Shown here: positions 21,313 through 32,846 of the stretch, one piece after another
Layout: every line of letters begins with the position of its first letter
How positions within the stretch are numbered: the first letter of the stretch is position 1
NCBI GenBank assembly: GCA_036270765.1
Contig: DATBBY010000089.1
Location: forward strand, 217-64,216
Direction of reading: 5' to 3'
Origin: Candidatus Acidiferrum sp.
Lineage (GTDB): Bacteria; Acidobacteriota; Terriglobia; Acidiferrales; UBA7541
Length of the DNA stretch: 64,000 bases
Position numbers and translations under genes: made by a program
The notes under the pieces: model-generated
Seen by the model: only the letters and a program-made list of their open reading frames with translations
What the model was told of the DNA's origin: nothing
Databases searched by the model: none

Positions 21313-21558
21313 ATGAAGGTTAGTGTCGCGGATGCCAAGAACAAGCTGCCCGAGCTGATCAAGGCCGTCGAGGGTGGCGAAACAGTGACCATCTACCGGC
21401 GGGGTGTGCCTACCGTCGACATCGTCCGGACAAAAGCGCCTAGCGGCAAGAAGCGGAAGCTCGGGGCGCTGAAAGGCAAAATTCAGATTTTCGATATCGG
21501 TTGGTGGAAACCCATGTCGGAGGACGAAGCCGACGCCTTCGTAGAAGGGCGCGAATAG
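21313..21558 (+). CDS. Phd/YefM family antitoxin
   Basis: VSVADAKNKLPELIKAVEGGETVTI.RRG.P signature. Confidence 0.92.
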   Translation: MKVSVADAKNKLPELIKAVEGGETVTIYRRGVPTVDIVRTKAPSGKKRKLGALKGKIQIFDIGWWKPMSEDEADAFVEGRE

Positions 21559-21939
21559 GTGAGGTTGTTGCTGGACACGGTCGCATTGATTTTCGCTGTT
21601 GAGTCACCAGAACGGTTCTCCAAACGCGCGACCGCCATTTTGCAGAATACGGAAAACATCCTAGAACTGAGCGCAATTTCTCTCTCCGAAATTGCCATTA
21701 AAGCAGCCCGCGGCAAGTTAAAATTTTCTGCCGCGGACATGCGCGATGCGCTTGAAGACCTCGACCTTCGCGTGCTGCCATACACCGCGAACCATGCATT
21801 GTTTCTTTTCGATCTACCGCTCCTGCACGCGGACCCCTTCGACCGTCAAATTATTGCCCAGACTTTGTCGGAAGAGATCCCAGTGATGACTTGCGATGAG
21901 AAGTTCAGCCTGTACAAAGGCCTAAAGATCCTTTGGTAA
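21559..21939 (+). CDS. VapC/PIN domain toxin
   Basis: LLLDT, SAISLSEIAIK and HADPFDR.IIAQ motifs. Confidence 0.93.
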   Translation: MRLLLDTVALIFAVESPERFSKRATAILQNTENILELSAISLSEIAIKAARGKLKFSAADMRDALEDLDLRVLPYTANHALFLFDLPLLHADPFDRQIIAQTLSEEIPVMTCDEKFSLYKGLKILW

Positions 21940-22067
21940 TTCTTAGGAATTTCGCCCGTTTCAGAATGGTTCTTGAGGGATATTCGTGGAGCCGTGAGAG
22001 GTGAGAATCCACTCGGTCAAAAGTGCTACTTATGTCACCTATGTGTCCGGGTCGGACCAGGAAAAAT

Positions 22068-22144
22068 TGGTCGGGACGACTGGATTCGAACCAGCGACCT
22101 CACCCACCCCAAGGGTGCGCGATACCAGGCTTCGCTACGTCCCG
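22068..22144 (-). tRNA. tRNA-Pro (GGG)
   Basis: CGGGACGTAGCGAAGCCTGGTATCGCGCACCCTTGGGGTGGGTGAGGTCGCTGGTTCGAATCCAGTCGTCCCGACCA; 77 nt, TTCGAAT loop, encoded CCA. Confidence 0.97.
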
Positions 22145-22187
22145 ACCGGTTGGAAATTATTTGTCGTAGCCTGAGAGCTCAAGGCTA

Positions 22188-22589
22188 TCATCGGCCTTCG
22201 AGGAGCGTCAAGAAAGCGCGCAGCGTATCGCGGAGATCGAGCAACATTTTTCGGCTGAGAATTTGCGGCGTGTCTTCCGCAGGCGCGAAGCCGCCTCCCG
22301 GCCCGTTATCCATGCCGGCTTGTTCGCGCAAATGCCGTCGCGCGCCTTCGGTGGTGAAGCCTTCGTCGTAGAGCAGGCGCTTGATCTTGAAAACCATGTC
22401 CAGATCTTCCTGGCGGTACAGGCGGTGCCCGCTGGGACTCTTCACCGGATCGAGCATGGGAAATTCGCTCTCCCAATAGCGCAGCACGAAAGGCTTTACG
22501 TCCGTCAGGCGGCTGACCTCACCGATGCGGTAGAAGCCCTCTTCGGAATTTTCTGAAGCACTTTGCGTAGCTGTGCCGTTGGTGGACAT
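22188..22589 (-). CDS. MerR family transcriptional regulator
   Basis: FYRIGEVS..VLRYWESEFP.L.P.KSPSGHRLY; familiar merR-tRNA-Pro-surE arrangement. Confidence 0.93.
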   Translation of the reverse strand: MSTNGTATQSASENSEEGFYRIGEVSRLTDVKPFVLRYWESEFPMLDPVKSPSGHRLYRQEDLDMVFKIKRLLYDEGFTTEGARRHLREQAGMDNGPGGGFAPAEDTPQILSRKMLLDLRDTLRAFLTLLEGR

Positions 22590-22632
22590 TCCTAGTTCAT
22601 CCAAGTCTACGAATCAAGGGCGGTAACTCTTC

Positions 22633-22660
22633 ATCCTAAGCCAATTTACGCGGTTGTCAA
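22633..22660 (-). promoter_or_regulatory. Putative sigma70 promoter for merR/tRNA-Pro
   Basis: TTGACA-16bp-TAGGAT on the minus strand. Confidence 0.55.
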
Positions 22661-22874
22661 CGAGGCGGTTCGCTGGTTTGCGGTTCGCCATAGCATCCGA
22701 ATAATCGACTATCAGGATTTAGCCAAGTGACGACTGGAAATGGCTGACGGAGTCGCCGAAATTCCTCATTATCGCTCCCCACCTCGCTCATTCAGTGCAG
22801 AACGATCGCAGATATCTGGTAACAATTTGACGTTTCATTCGTAGTAGATTGCAGGTATTCGGAGGGGGTTCCTT

Positions 22875-23459
22875 ATGACTATGAACAAAAGAGGCTGTTT
22901 TGTATTTGCTGCATTGATGGCGATTCCCGTTGCTCTACTCGGGCAGGACAAGTCACAGGCGTCACCGGCGCAGTCCGCTCCGCCAGAGAACCCGATTACT
23001 GCGAGTGAAAAAGGCCTTTACTCATTTGTGAGCGGCGCAGTCGTCGGTGCGGCGCAGAAAATGCCGGAAGAAAACTACTCCTTCAAGCCGACACCGGAGG
23101 TTCGCAGTTTTGGGCAGCTGGTTGGCCATGTAGCCGACGCTTCATACACGTTCTGCTCGCTAGCCACAGGTGAAGCAAACCCAAAGAAGGACATCGAAAA
23201 AACGAAGACCTCAAAGCCCGATCTTGTGGCCGCTCTCAAGGATGGAGTTGCGTACTGCAACAGGGCCTTTGACAGCATGACCGACGCAAAAGGCAGCCAG
23301 ATGGTGAAATTCATGAGCTTCAATGTCGCGAAGCTCAGCTTGTTCTCGCTCAATTCGGCGCACACTGATGAGCACTATGGAAACATGGTGACCTATTTGC
23401 GACTAAAGGGGATCGTGCCGCCAACAAGCGAAAACCCTCCTGCACAGCCCCCGAAGTAA
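22875..23459 (+). CDS. Secreted DinB family protein
   Basis: Signal peptide; MPEENYSFKPTPEVRSFGQLVGHVAD; HTDEHYGNMVTYLRLKG. Confidence 0.88.
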   Translation: MTMNKRGCFVFAALMAIPVALLGQDKSQASPAQSAPPENPITASEKGLYSFVSGAVVGAAQKMPEENYSFKPTPEVRSFGQLVGHVADASYTFCSLATGEANPKKDIEKTKTSKPDLVAALKDGVAYCNRAFDSMTDAKGSQMVKFMSFNVAKLSLFSLNSAHTDEHYGNMVTYLRLKGIVPPTSENPPAQPPK

Positions 23460-23548
23460 AAGGTACTCAGCGCCTGCACGGATTATCGTCGTGACCGCGG
23501 AGACGATGATGACTGACGATTTTCAATGTAAAATGGCAGCGCTGGAAT

Positions 23549-23616
23549 AGCCCTCTTCGGAATTTTCTGAAGTGCGTTGCGCAGTTGTGCCGTTGGTGAA
23601 CATTGCTAGCTCATCC
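23549..23616 (-). repeat. Decayed duplicate of the merR 5' end
   Basis: 60/68 nt identical to 22535-22602, first 24 nt exact, same orientation. Confidence 0.9.
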
Positions 23617-23663
23617 TGGGTCGAACAAACCGAGGAACTCTATCGCGACCAAGGAGGCCTCCC

Positions 23664-26108
23664 ATGATCGAGACCACCCTTCAAGACCTGCGATTCGGCT
23701 TGCGGATGCTGCGGCGCGATCCGGGCTTTTCTATCCTGGCAATGCTTTGCTTGACCTTGGGCATTGGCGCAAACGCCGCGGTGTTCAGTTGGGTGGAAGG
23801 AATTTTATTCCGTCCGTACCCGCTGGTCACCCATCAGGAGCGGCTGCTCGCGCTTACCGGCTCGGCACGCGGCGAAGCTGGGCATACTGGACTATCCTGG
23901 CCGGATTTCGTCGATTTGCGCAGGAACTGCACGCTTTTTGACTCATTTTTTGTGAGCAAGATCACCGGAACTACTCTCAATATTGGTGACCGCGCCGAGC
24001 GCACTACAGGGAGCATCGTATCCGCCAACTATTTTGATGCCATCGCGGTCCATCCAATTCTGGGCCGGGGATTCGAACCCGGCGAAGATGTAGGAAGCAA
24101 TGCCCATCCGGTGACGGTGATCAGCTACCAGCTATGGAAGAGACGCTTCAATGGCGACCCGCAAATTATCGGGAAAACGCAGCGACTCGATGGTGTGCTG
24201 CACACCATTGTCGGTGTTGCGCCGCAAGGCTTCTATGGGACTTTTGTCGGCTGGGCCATGCACTTTTGGGTCCCGACGTCGATGGAGGAAGTGTTTGAAG
24301 ACGGCGGCTACAAATTGGAGGACCGCGACGCCCGCTGGATTGAAGCCTTCGCACGACTCAAACCTGGTGTCACTATCCAGCAGGCTCAGACCGAAGTCTC
24401 AGCCGTGGCGCGGCATTTGGAAGCCGATTATCCGGCAACCAACCGGGGCCGCAACGTGAAGCTGTGGGCCTTATGGCAAACTCCGTTCAACAACGCGGCA
24501 ACGTTACTTCCCACGCTGGAAATCATGCTCGCGGTTGTCGTTTTTGTCCTGCTGATCGCTTGTGCCAACGTTGGCAATCTGCTCTTGGTCAGGTCGTTTG
24601 CGCGGCGCCATGAAATGACCGTGCGACTCGCCATCGGCGCGAGTCGCGGCCGCATCCTGAAGCTGCTCTTCACTGAAGGCCTGATCCTGGCAGCGTTTGG
24701 CGCGGTCGGAGGACTCCTCGTGGCGCACTGGTGCCGCCACGCGCTGGTCTTATTGTTCCCGGCGAGGGGTGGCGTGGCCATGTATTTGCCAGGTGAAATT
24801 GATTGGCGCGTTTTGTTATTGAGTGCCGGGGTTTGCCTGCTTGCGACCATTCTGCTCGGGATGGTTCCGGCAATGCAGACCAGCAAGATCGATCTTGCCG
24901 GAGCGTTGAAAGCGGATTCGGCGGGCGTGGTCGGGAGCCGCGGGAGAGCGTGGGCGCGCTCAGGCCTGGTTATAGTGCAAGTGTCGCTGAGTTTCGTTTT
25001 GTTGATGGGGGCAGGACTGTTGATTCAGAGCCTGCAGAAAATTAGAACTTCTAACCCCGGTTTTTCGACGCACGGAGTAATGTTCACCGGCATCGGCTTG
25101 GTATCCGCGGGATATGATGCACAGCGCGCGCAGAATTTTCAAGATCAGCTGATTGATCGCGTCAAGGCAATGCCAGGCGTTGAGTCGGTAGTTTTTGCGC
25201 GAATGACGCCCCTCAGCTATGGAAGTTTTTCGTCGGCTCCGATTGCCGTGGATGGCTATGATGTTCCACGGGAGGAACGCCCGACTTTGGAGTACAACGA
25301 AGTGGGGCCGGACTATTTCGCGACCATGGGTATCCCTTTCGTTTCTGGCCGCGAATTTACTCGCGCGGACGATGAGAGAGGCGCTCTGGTAGCCATCGTG
25401 AACGAAACGATGGCTGCAAAGTTCTGGCGCGGCAGAAGTGCGATTGGCGAGCGTATTCAGGTCAAGGACCGATGGATGCAGGTAGTCGGCGTGGCCAAAG
25501 ATTCTAAGTACCGGAGCGTTCGGGAAGCTGCAGAGCCCTTTTTCTATGTGCCACTGCGGCAGAATTTCTCCGTTAGTGCGGCATTGTTTATTCGAACTGC
25601 GCTGAGCCCGGAAACGGTGGCGGTGAGTTTAGCCCAAGAGGTACACGCGCTGGACGCGAGCCTTGCGCCGTACGAACTCATCACCCTGCAAGAGCAACTG
25701 GATCGCTCTACATCGCCGCAGTTGGTAGCCGTAACCTTGGTAAGCATCTTAGGCGCATTGGCGCTGCTCCTGGCTGTCATCGGATTGTACGGTGTGATGT
25801 CCTACGCAGTGTCACAGAGCACGCGGGAGCTGGGGTTGCGCATGGCGCTGGGTGCGGGCGCTTCGAATGTGTTGCGGCTGGTGATATCGCGTGGCTTGGC
25901 GCTAATGCTCGGGGGCGTGCTGCTCGGCGCGGCAGTGGCGCTCGGCTTAACGCGATTGCTCGGAAATCTTCTCTACCATGTGAGCCCGCTTGACCCGCTG
26001 GCGTTCGGCGCGGCCTTCGCAGTCATGACCATCGCGGCGTTGGCAGCGTGCTTCTTGCCCGCTTGGCGCGCGATCCGCACTGATCCCGCCGAAGCCTTGC
26101 GCGATTGA
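23664..26108 (+). CDS. Duplicated MacB/FtsX-type ABC permease (ADOP-like, orphan)
   Basis: QDLRFGLRML, LLIACANVGNLLL and RELGLRMALGA motifs; two MacB-FtsX repeats; no ATPase gene adjacent. Confidence 0.92.
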   Translation: MIETTLQDLRFGLRMLRRDPGFSILAMLCLTLGIGANAAVFSWVEGILFRPYPLVTHQERLLALTGSARGEAGHTGLSWPDFVDLRRNCTLFDSFFVSKITGTTLNIGDRAERTTGSIVSANYFDAIAVHPILGRGFEPGEDVGSNAHPVTVISYQLWKRRFNGDPQIIGKTQRLDGVLHTIVGVAPQGFYGTFVGWAMHFWVPTSMEEVFEDGGYKLEDRDARWIEAFARLKPGVTIQQAQTEVSAVARHLEADYPATNRGRNVKLWALWQTPFNNAATLLPTLEIMLAVVVFVLLIACANVGNLLLVRSFARRHEMTVRLAIGASRGRILKLLFTEGLILAAFGAVGGLLVAHWCRHALVLLFPARGGVAMYLPGEIDWRVLLLSAGVCLLATILLGMVPAMQTSKIDLAGALKADSAGVVGSRGRAWARSGLVIVQVSLSFVLLMGAGLLIQSLQKIRTSNPGFSTHGVMFTGIGLVSAGYDAQRAQNFQDQLIDRVKAMPGVESVVFARMTPLSYGSFSSAPIAVDGYDVPREERPTLEYNEVGPDYFATMGIPFVSGREFTRADDERGALVAIVNETMAAKFWRGRSAIGERIQVKDRWMQVVGVAKDSKYRSVREAAEPFFYVPLRQNFSVSAALFIRTALSPETVAVSLAQEVHALDASLAPYELITLQEQLDRSTSPQLVAVTLVSILGALALLLAVIGLYGVMSYAVSQSTRELGLRMALGAGASNVLRLVISRGLALMLGGVLLGAAVALGLTRLLGNLLYHVSPLDPLAFGAAFAVMTIAALAACFLPAWRAIRTDPAEALRD

Positions 26109-26244
26109 TTTCGCGGCTGAATTCCTACGTGCTTGCCGCAGTAAGCGAAATGAACCGCGATTATGGCACTTAAGTGATAAGCGTAAGTATTTAGGCAAAG
26201 AGAGTCTTTCCTATATTTCCCGCTCGGCTCTTGAAGAGCGTCTT

Positions 26245-27209
26245 ATGAAAGCGATCGTACGCACAAAATACGGACCACCTGTTGCGTTGCAGTTCATGGA
26301 AGTGGAAAAGCCTACCGCCAAAGACAATGAGGCCTTGATAAAGGTTCGCGCCGCATCGCTAAATCCGCTGGACCTCTTCACCATGAGAGGTGCGCCGTTG
26401 CTACGCCTTATTCCTGGGTGCGTACACCGAAGGACCAGCGAATCGGCGTTGATGTGGCCGGCCAGGTTGAAGCGGTGGGCAGGAACGTAACCCAGTTCAG
26501 AGCAGGCGACGAAGTGTTTGGCGTGGCTCGCGGAGCCTTTGCCGAATATGCGTGTGCTACTGAGGATAAGCTGGCTCTGAAGCCGGCCAACATATCCTTC
26601 GAGGAGGCGGCAGCCGTTCCGGTGGCGGGAGTCACCGTACTTCAAGGGCTTCGTGATAAGGGACAAATCCGGCGAGGCCAGAAGGTTGTGGTGGATGGCG
26701 CGTCTGGTGGTGTGGGTACGTTCGCCGTACAGATCGCGAAGGCATTCGAGGCCGAAGTAACTGCCGTGTGCAGCACCAGGAATGTGGACGCCGCACGGTC
26801 GATTGGCGCAGATCACGTCATTGATTACACGCGGGAAGACTTCACGCAGAGCGGACAGCGTTACGATCTGATTTTGGGCGCGAATGCCCATCATTCGATT
26901 TTCGATTACCGGCGTGCGTTGAATCCGAGCGGAATTTATGTCGTCGCCGGCGGTGGTTTGGCACGAATTTTCCAAGCTATTTTACTAGCGCCGTTACTGT
27001 CTCGGATGGGGAGGAAGAAGACGCGTTTTTTTATAGCGAAAATAAACCACAAGGATTTGCTTGTTCTGAAAGGACTTCTTGAAACCGGTAAAGTGGTGCC
27101 CGTCATCGACAGACGCTACCCGTTAAGCAGCGCGGCTGAGGCTCTCCGCTATCTTGAACAACGACATGCGCGGGGTAAAATCGTATTAACCGTTGAACAT
27201 AGTCGGTGA
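26245..27209 (+). pseudogene. Frameshifted NAD(P)-dependent zinc-type alcohol dehydrogenase/quinone oxidoreductase
   Basis: N-terminus MKAIVRTKYGPP (26245) and remainder GVDVAG..GASGGVG..HARGKIV (26418) lie in different frames; one base missing near 26416. Confidence 0.8.
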
Positions 27210-27266
27210 TCGTTGATTTCTACAGTGGCATGGGATGCGCAGCCAGAGCTTGGCGATAAATCTTCA

Positions 27267-28356
<1,090 letters not shown>

Positions 28357-28372
28357 GTCCGAACAAAGAATT

Positions 28373-28439
28373 TTTTTCTGGTTGGTGAACATCGAAATGT
28401 TGACAGCGCGCTCTTGGCTTCCGTGATGAAATAAATGCG
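28373..28439 (-). repeat. Decayed fragment of the der (engA) 3' region, copy 1
   Basis: 54/68 identity to 36759-36826, first 21 nt exact; translates RIYFITEAKSALSTF/MFTNQK versus Der RIYYITQAKIAPPTFLMFTNQK. Confidence 0.85.
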
Positions 28440-28456
28440 ACCCGTCGTCGCATTCG

Positions 28457-28485
28457 TTGACTTGCTGAAAAAGCCCACCTAACAT
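28457..28485 (+). promoter_or_regulatory. Sigma70 promoter, probably leaderless kinase transcript
   Basis: TTGACT-17bp-TAACAT ending 8 nt before ATG 28494; no SD sequence. Confidence 0.55.
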
Positions 28486-28493
28486 CTCTGCCC

Positions 28494-31262
28494 ATGGCAG
28501 AATCTCAGTCCTTAATCGGCCAAACCATTTCCCACTATCGCATTGTAGAGAAGCTCGGCGGCGGCGGGATGGGTATCGTGTATAAGGCGGAGGACACCAA
28601 TCTGGGCCGGTTTGTTGCTCTGAAATTCCTCCCTGATCACGTGGCGCGGGATCCGCAAGCGTTGGAGCGTTTTCGCCGGGAAGCGCGAGCAGCTTCGTCT
28701 TTGAATCATTCCAACATCTGTACCATTTATGAAATTGGAAATCACGATAACGAAGCGTTCATCGCCATGGAGTATCTCGATGGCGCTACGCTGAAGCACT
28801 GCATCGCCGGAAAAGGGTTGGATATTGAAACTGTTTTAACGCTAGGAATTGAGATTGCCGACGGGTTGAGCGCGGCCCACGCGAAGGGCGTGATTCATCG
28901 CGATATCAAGCCGGCAAATATTTTCGTTATTGGGCGAGGCCACGCCAAAATCCTCGATTTCGGCTTGGCCAAGATCATCACGCCCAACAACATGTCCGTC
29001 GCAGATACCCTTGCGACACGCGAAGTGGACCCAGATTCCTTAACCAGCCCAGGCAGCACTTTGGGAACCGTCGCCTATATGTCTCCCGAGCAGATTCGCG
29101 GTAAGGAATTGGATGCGCGAACCGACTTGTTCTCTTTCGGCGCAGTGCTATACGAGATGATGACCGGCACGCTGCCTTTCCGGGGCGCAACTTCTGGTCT
29201 CATCTCTGACGCCATTCTCAATCGGCCGTTCACGACCCCGCTGCGGTTGAACCCCGACCTTCCGGCTAAAGTGGAAGACATCATCAACAAAGCCTTGGAA
29301 AAGGATCGTGACCTGCGCTACCAGTCGGCGTCGGATATTCTCACCGACTTAAAGCGTTTAAAACGCGATATGGAATCCGGGTTTGGGTCTTCGGGATCGC
29401 GGGTGCCTGCAATTGTCGAACCTGCCACAGCCGCGACAACTTCGACAGCTAGCCATCCAACGCTAACAAGTTCGATAGCTTCTACGGCGTTGCCGACGGA
29501 CAGCGCGGTAGCCGGCCCAGTTTCCGCGAAACGGTGGCCAATGATCGTGGTCTCCGCTGGCCTCATCATTGCAGTTGCGCTGGTCTTTTGGTGGATGCGC
29601 CCATCGCCACCACCCAGAATCCGGTCTTTGGCCCAGATCACCAACGATGGTCGCGAGAAACCTGACTCTTTTTCTCCCGACGGCATCCCGTCACCCATTG
29701 TCACCGACGGCTCGAGGCTTTACTTTTGGGAAACGGGCCCGGGCCTTTCGCAGGTCTCTACCTCTGGCGGGCAAGCGGTTCCGCTCACGAGCGGACTTCA
29801 GAACATGTACCTCAACGACATTTCGCCGAGGGGATCGGAATTACTCGCCGGGATTCCGACCTCGTCGAATTCCTTCCAAAATACTTTATGGGTTCTGCCC
29901 CTTCCTGGAGGATCACTGCGTCGCCTGGCGGATATCATCGCTCAGGACGCGACATGGTCGCCGGACGGTTCAAGGGTCATTTACGCCGACGAATCGGATT
30001 TGTACTCGGCAAAGCTGGACGGCAGTGATAAACGCAAGCTCGCGACCGTGCCAGGGCGTATATGGTGGCCTCGCGTTTCACTGGATGGACACCGCATCCG
30101 GTTCTCGGTCTACGATCCGCATACTACTCTGAGTTCCTTGTGGGAAGTTTCGATGGATGGAACGTCTGCACGTCCTCTTCTGCCCAGTCTGAAGGCCATC
30201 ACCTCCTGTTGTGGTAACTGGACTCCGGACGGGAATTACTTTGCGTTTCAAGCAAACAGCGACGGCCGAACAGACATTTGGGCCATCCGCGAAAAGGGAC
30301 TATTTCAAAAATCGGAGCCCAACCCGGCGCGGCTGACGACCGGACCTCTCAACTACTGGGCTCCGTTACCGAGTAAGGACGGCAAAAAGATCTTCGTGGT
30401 TGGCGAGCAGCCCCACGGTGAACTCCTGCGTTTCGACACGAAGCTCGGCCAGTTTTTGCCCTTTATGAATGGGCTCTCGGCCGAACAAGTAAGATTTTCC
30501 CCGGACGGTCAGTGGGCTGCTTATGTAACTTACCCGGAAGGTATTTTGTGGAGAAGCAAAATTGATGGCAGCGAACGCCTGCAGCTTTCTTTCTCTCCAG
30601 TACGCGCTGCGCTTCCGACATGGTCGCCGGATGGAAAAAAAATTGCGTATGTAGCGGCCACGGTAGGGCAGGAGTTCAAGATATACGTTATTTCGGCCGA
30701 CGGGGGCGGCAGTGAGGAAATAGTTCCTCAGGAACCGGTACAGAACGATCCGGCTTGGTCTCCGGACGGGAATTCCATTATTTTCGGAGAGTCACCCATC
30801 AGCCAATTGGGAGGTCTGCGCACCAACGGCCTTCATGTTGTGGATTTGAAAACACATGTGGCCTCCATCATTCCCGGGACTGAGGGACTCTGGTCGCCGC
30901 GGACTTCGCCAGATGGCCGCTACGTGGCCGGACTTCATGCTGACAATCAACGGCTCATGCTTGTCGATTGGAAGACACATCAGACTACCGAGCTGGCAAA
31001 GGCGAATATTATTTCCTGGCCGGAATGGTCTCGAGATTCCCAATATATTCACTTCGGGTTAGGTAACAAGCTGGTTAGAGTGCGTATCAGCGACCGGAAG
31101 CTCGAGGAGATCAAGAACGTCGAAGACATGCGGCGGTTGTTCGGATTCCGCCCGACCGGATTCTTCACCAATTGGTGGGGCTTGGCTCCCGATGAGTCTC
31201 CTCTGGTCTTGCGCAGTGCCGCCACCAAGGAAATCTACGCCCTTGACGTGGACCTGCCCTAA
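28494..31262 (+). CDS. Ser/Thr protein kinase with TM segment and TolB/PD40 beta-propeller
   Basis: [22 protein letters not shown] and YMSPEQ motifs; TM; repeated WSPDG. Confidence 0.95.
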   Translation: MAESQSLIGQTISHYRIVEKLGGGGMGIVYKAEDTNLGRFVALKFLPDHVARDPQALERFRREARAASSLNHSNICTIYEIGNHDNEAFIAMEYLDGATLKHCIAGKGLDIETVLTLGIEIADGLSAAHAKGVIHRDIKPANIFVIGRGHAKILDFGLAKIITPNNMSVADTLATREVDPDSLTSPGSTLGTVAYMSPEQIRGKELDARTDLFSFGAVLYEMMTGTLPFRGATSGLISDAILNRPFTTPLRLNPDLPAKVEDIINKALEKDRDLRYQSASDILTDLKRLKRDMESGFGSSGSRVPAIVEPATAATTSTASHPTLTSSIASTALPTDSAVAGPVSAKRWPMIVVSAGLIIAVALVFWWMRPSPPPRIRSLAQITNDGREKPDSFSPDGIPSPIVTDGSRLYFWETGPGLSQVSTSGGQAVPLTSGLQNMYLNDISPRGSELLAGIPTSSNSFQNTLWVLPLPGGSLRRLADIIAQDATWSPDGSRVIYADESDLYSAKLDGSDKRKLATVPGRIWWPRVSLDGHRIRFSVYDPHTTLSSLWEVSMDGTSARPLLPSLKAITSCCGNWTPDGNYFAFQANSDGRTDIWAIREKGLFQKSEPNPARLTTGPLNYWAPLPSKDGKKIFVVGEQPHGELLRFDTKLGQFLPFMNGLSAEQVRFSPDGQWAAYVTYPEGILWRSKIDGSERLQLSFSPVRAALPTWSPDGKKIAYVAATVGQEFKIYVISADGGGSEEIVPQEPVQNDPAWSPDGNSIIFGESPISQLGGLRTNGLHVVDLKTHVASIIPGTEGLWSPRTSPDGRYVAGLHADNQRLMLVDWKTHQTTELAKANIISWPEWSRDSQYIHFGLGNKLVRVRISDRKLEEIKNVEDMRRLFGFRPTGFFTNWWGLAPDESPLVLRSAATKEIYALDVDLP

Positions 31263-31278
31263 ACCTGTGAAGGGCAAA

Positions 31279-31710
31279 ATGCGATACAACCTAGTCGCGG
31301 TTTTGCTGGGAGTGATGGCTTTCGTTTCCTGTCCGCGGCCAGCGAGTATGCAGAGAGTCGCGAACGTCGCCTCATCACCGCTCAAGAATCGTGTCGCGCC
31401 GCCAGACTCCAGTAAGTACAGCTCCGTTAGCGATGCGCGTCATTGGCAGAATCCTTATCTGATGGTACAAGCAAATGGAATTGGTGCTCGGTCAATCAGT
31501 ACTGCTACGGATGCTCCGATCACGTCACCCAGGGATGTGGTTGCATACTTGGAAAAATCACCGACCATCGCATGGCCCTATGGACTTGTCGTGGCGGTGC
31601 AGGAAAACAGCCTACGGAACGCCGGCGATGATGCCCCAATCAAAAGAAACAGAGAAGAATTAGTACGCCTCCTTGAAGAAGCAGGCATAAAAGTGGACTT
31701 GTGGCCTTAG
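31279..31710 (+). CDS. Hypothetical lipoprotein
   Basis: MRYNLVAVLLGVMAFVSC lipobox-like signal; fills the gap after the kinase. Confidence 0.6.
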   Translation: MRYNLVAVLLGVMAFVSCPRPASMQRVANVASSPLKNRVAPPDSSKYSSVSDARHWQNPYLMVQANGIGARSISTATDAPITSPRDVVAYLEKSPTIAWPYGLVVAVQENSLRNAGDDAPIKRNREELVRLLEEAGIKVDLWP

Positions 31711-31750
31711 TAGAATCGAGACTCTCTTCGTTTTGGTTGCACTAGAACAG

Positions 31751-31788
31751 CTGAAGTGCAGAGGATTTTTCTGGCTGGTGAATTTCAG
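31751..31788 (-). repeat. Decayed fragment of the der (engA) 3' region, copy 2
   Basis: 32/38 identity to 36744-36781; LKFTSQKNPLHFS versus Der LMFTNQKNPLHFS. Confidence 0.8.
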
Positions 31789-31819
31789 TTTGGTCTTGCT
31801 CTTATCCTTTTTCTATTTT

Positions 31820-32573
31820 CTAGTCGGCGGCTGCCAGCGAGTGACCTTCGTCGCCGCTAGGCGGCATCGGCTGCCCATTGTAGGCATTTCTGAAGCGCAC
31901 TCGAACTAACCAGAAAATCAGCAAAACCAGCGGAAATATGGTGAGGATTAAATATAGGCCGGTGTTGAATAGAGCCGGGGATAAATGTTGACCGATCCCC
32001 ACTTTTGAAAGCAGCCTCAGCGGGCGGTTCGACGGCCCCATAAAAAAGGAGCCTGCTGCGATGAACAGCCCAAAGCACATGCGCCAGAGATGCCGCGCGA
32101 CGCGCTGTGTCCCAAAAACGCCGCCACGCGCGAGCATGCGGATATCCCCGGCCCCAGCCAACAGCGTACCGAACCCATGAAAAACATCATGCCGACAGGA
32201 ACTCCGTCTTGTGAGCTCGCTCCGCTGCGCACAACTTTAAGACCGTTCAGCCAGGGGAGAACACCTAGCGTCAACGGAATCAGGAGCAAAATCCAATCAA
32301 CGCGGCTCGTTTCCCCGTCTCTACGTCTGGCGGTAAGCCATGCGGTTCCGATCAGATAGAAGGTTAAAATCCCGCCGCCAATATTGTTTGGCTGATGTCT
32401 TGTGATGGCAAGATACACTGCGCCGACGGCCATGGTGAGCATCGAGGCGACAAAAATCTTGCCCGCCAGCACGTGGCGGGGGAATCTTTGCGGAAGCAGA
32501 TTGCCGCGGTCCCCAAGAGCAACCCCACGCTCCCGCCTAAAATATGAACAAGCAGTATGGGCGAATAGGACAT
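31820..32573 (-). pseudogene. DUF2306-like membrane protein with two frameshifts
   Basis: Three consecutive frames join (MSYSPILLVHI..FRKDS / RHVLAGKIF..FFMGSV / AGAGDIRM..RHLWRMC); shifts near 32480 (C run) and 32163. Confidence 0.8.
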
Positions 32574-32590
32574 CGATGCTTCCTGGATTA

Positions 32591-32618
32591 TATACGTGAG
32601 CCGGAGCCGATTGTTTCA
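32591..32618 (-). promoter_or_regulatory. ECF (SigW-like) promoter
   Basis: TGAAAC-N16-CGTATA upstream of the DUF2306-like pseudogene. Confidence 0.6.
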
Positions 32619-32782
32619 CCGCGTCCATTGAAGTAAGTTGGCGAAGCCCGAAGGGATTTAGCTTGTTAATCGGCGGCTCACCGAAGCGTGGTTTCGCGCC
32701 GGTGGCTGGTAAATGCGGTGATTTGGGCCGGTCCGATGTACATCCCTTCCGCCAGCTTGTGACCGAAGATTCGGACCTTTCT

Positions 32783-32813
32783 TTGTTAACACTCGGCAGG
32801 TCGCGAACGTCTC
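32783..32813 (+). promoter_or_regulatory. ECF autoregulatory promoter, copy 1
   Basis: TTGTTAACA-N12-CGAACGTCTC; identical boxes and spacing at 34585. Confidence 0.8.
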
Positions 32814-32846
32814 ACTTGATAGCGTGCCTCGCTGCGAAATGCTGAT

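Noticed and set aside
21973-22371. 132-aa plus-strand ORF
   Set aside because: Antisense shadow of tRNA-Pro and merR.
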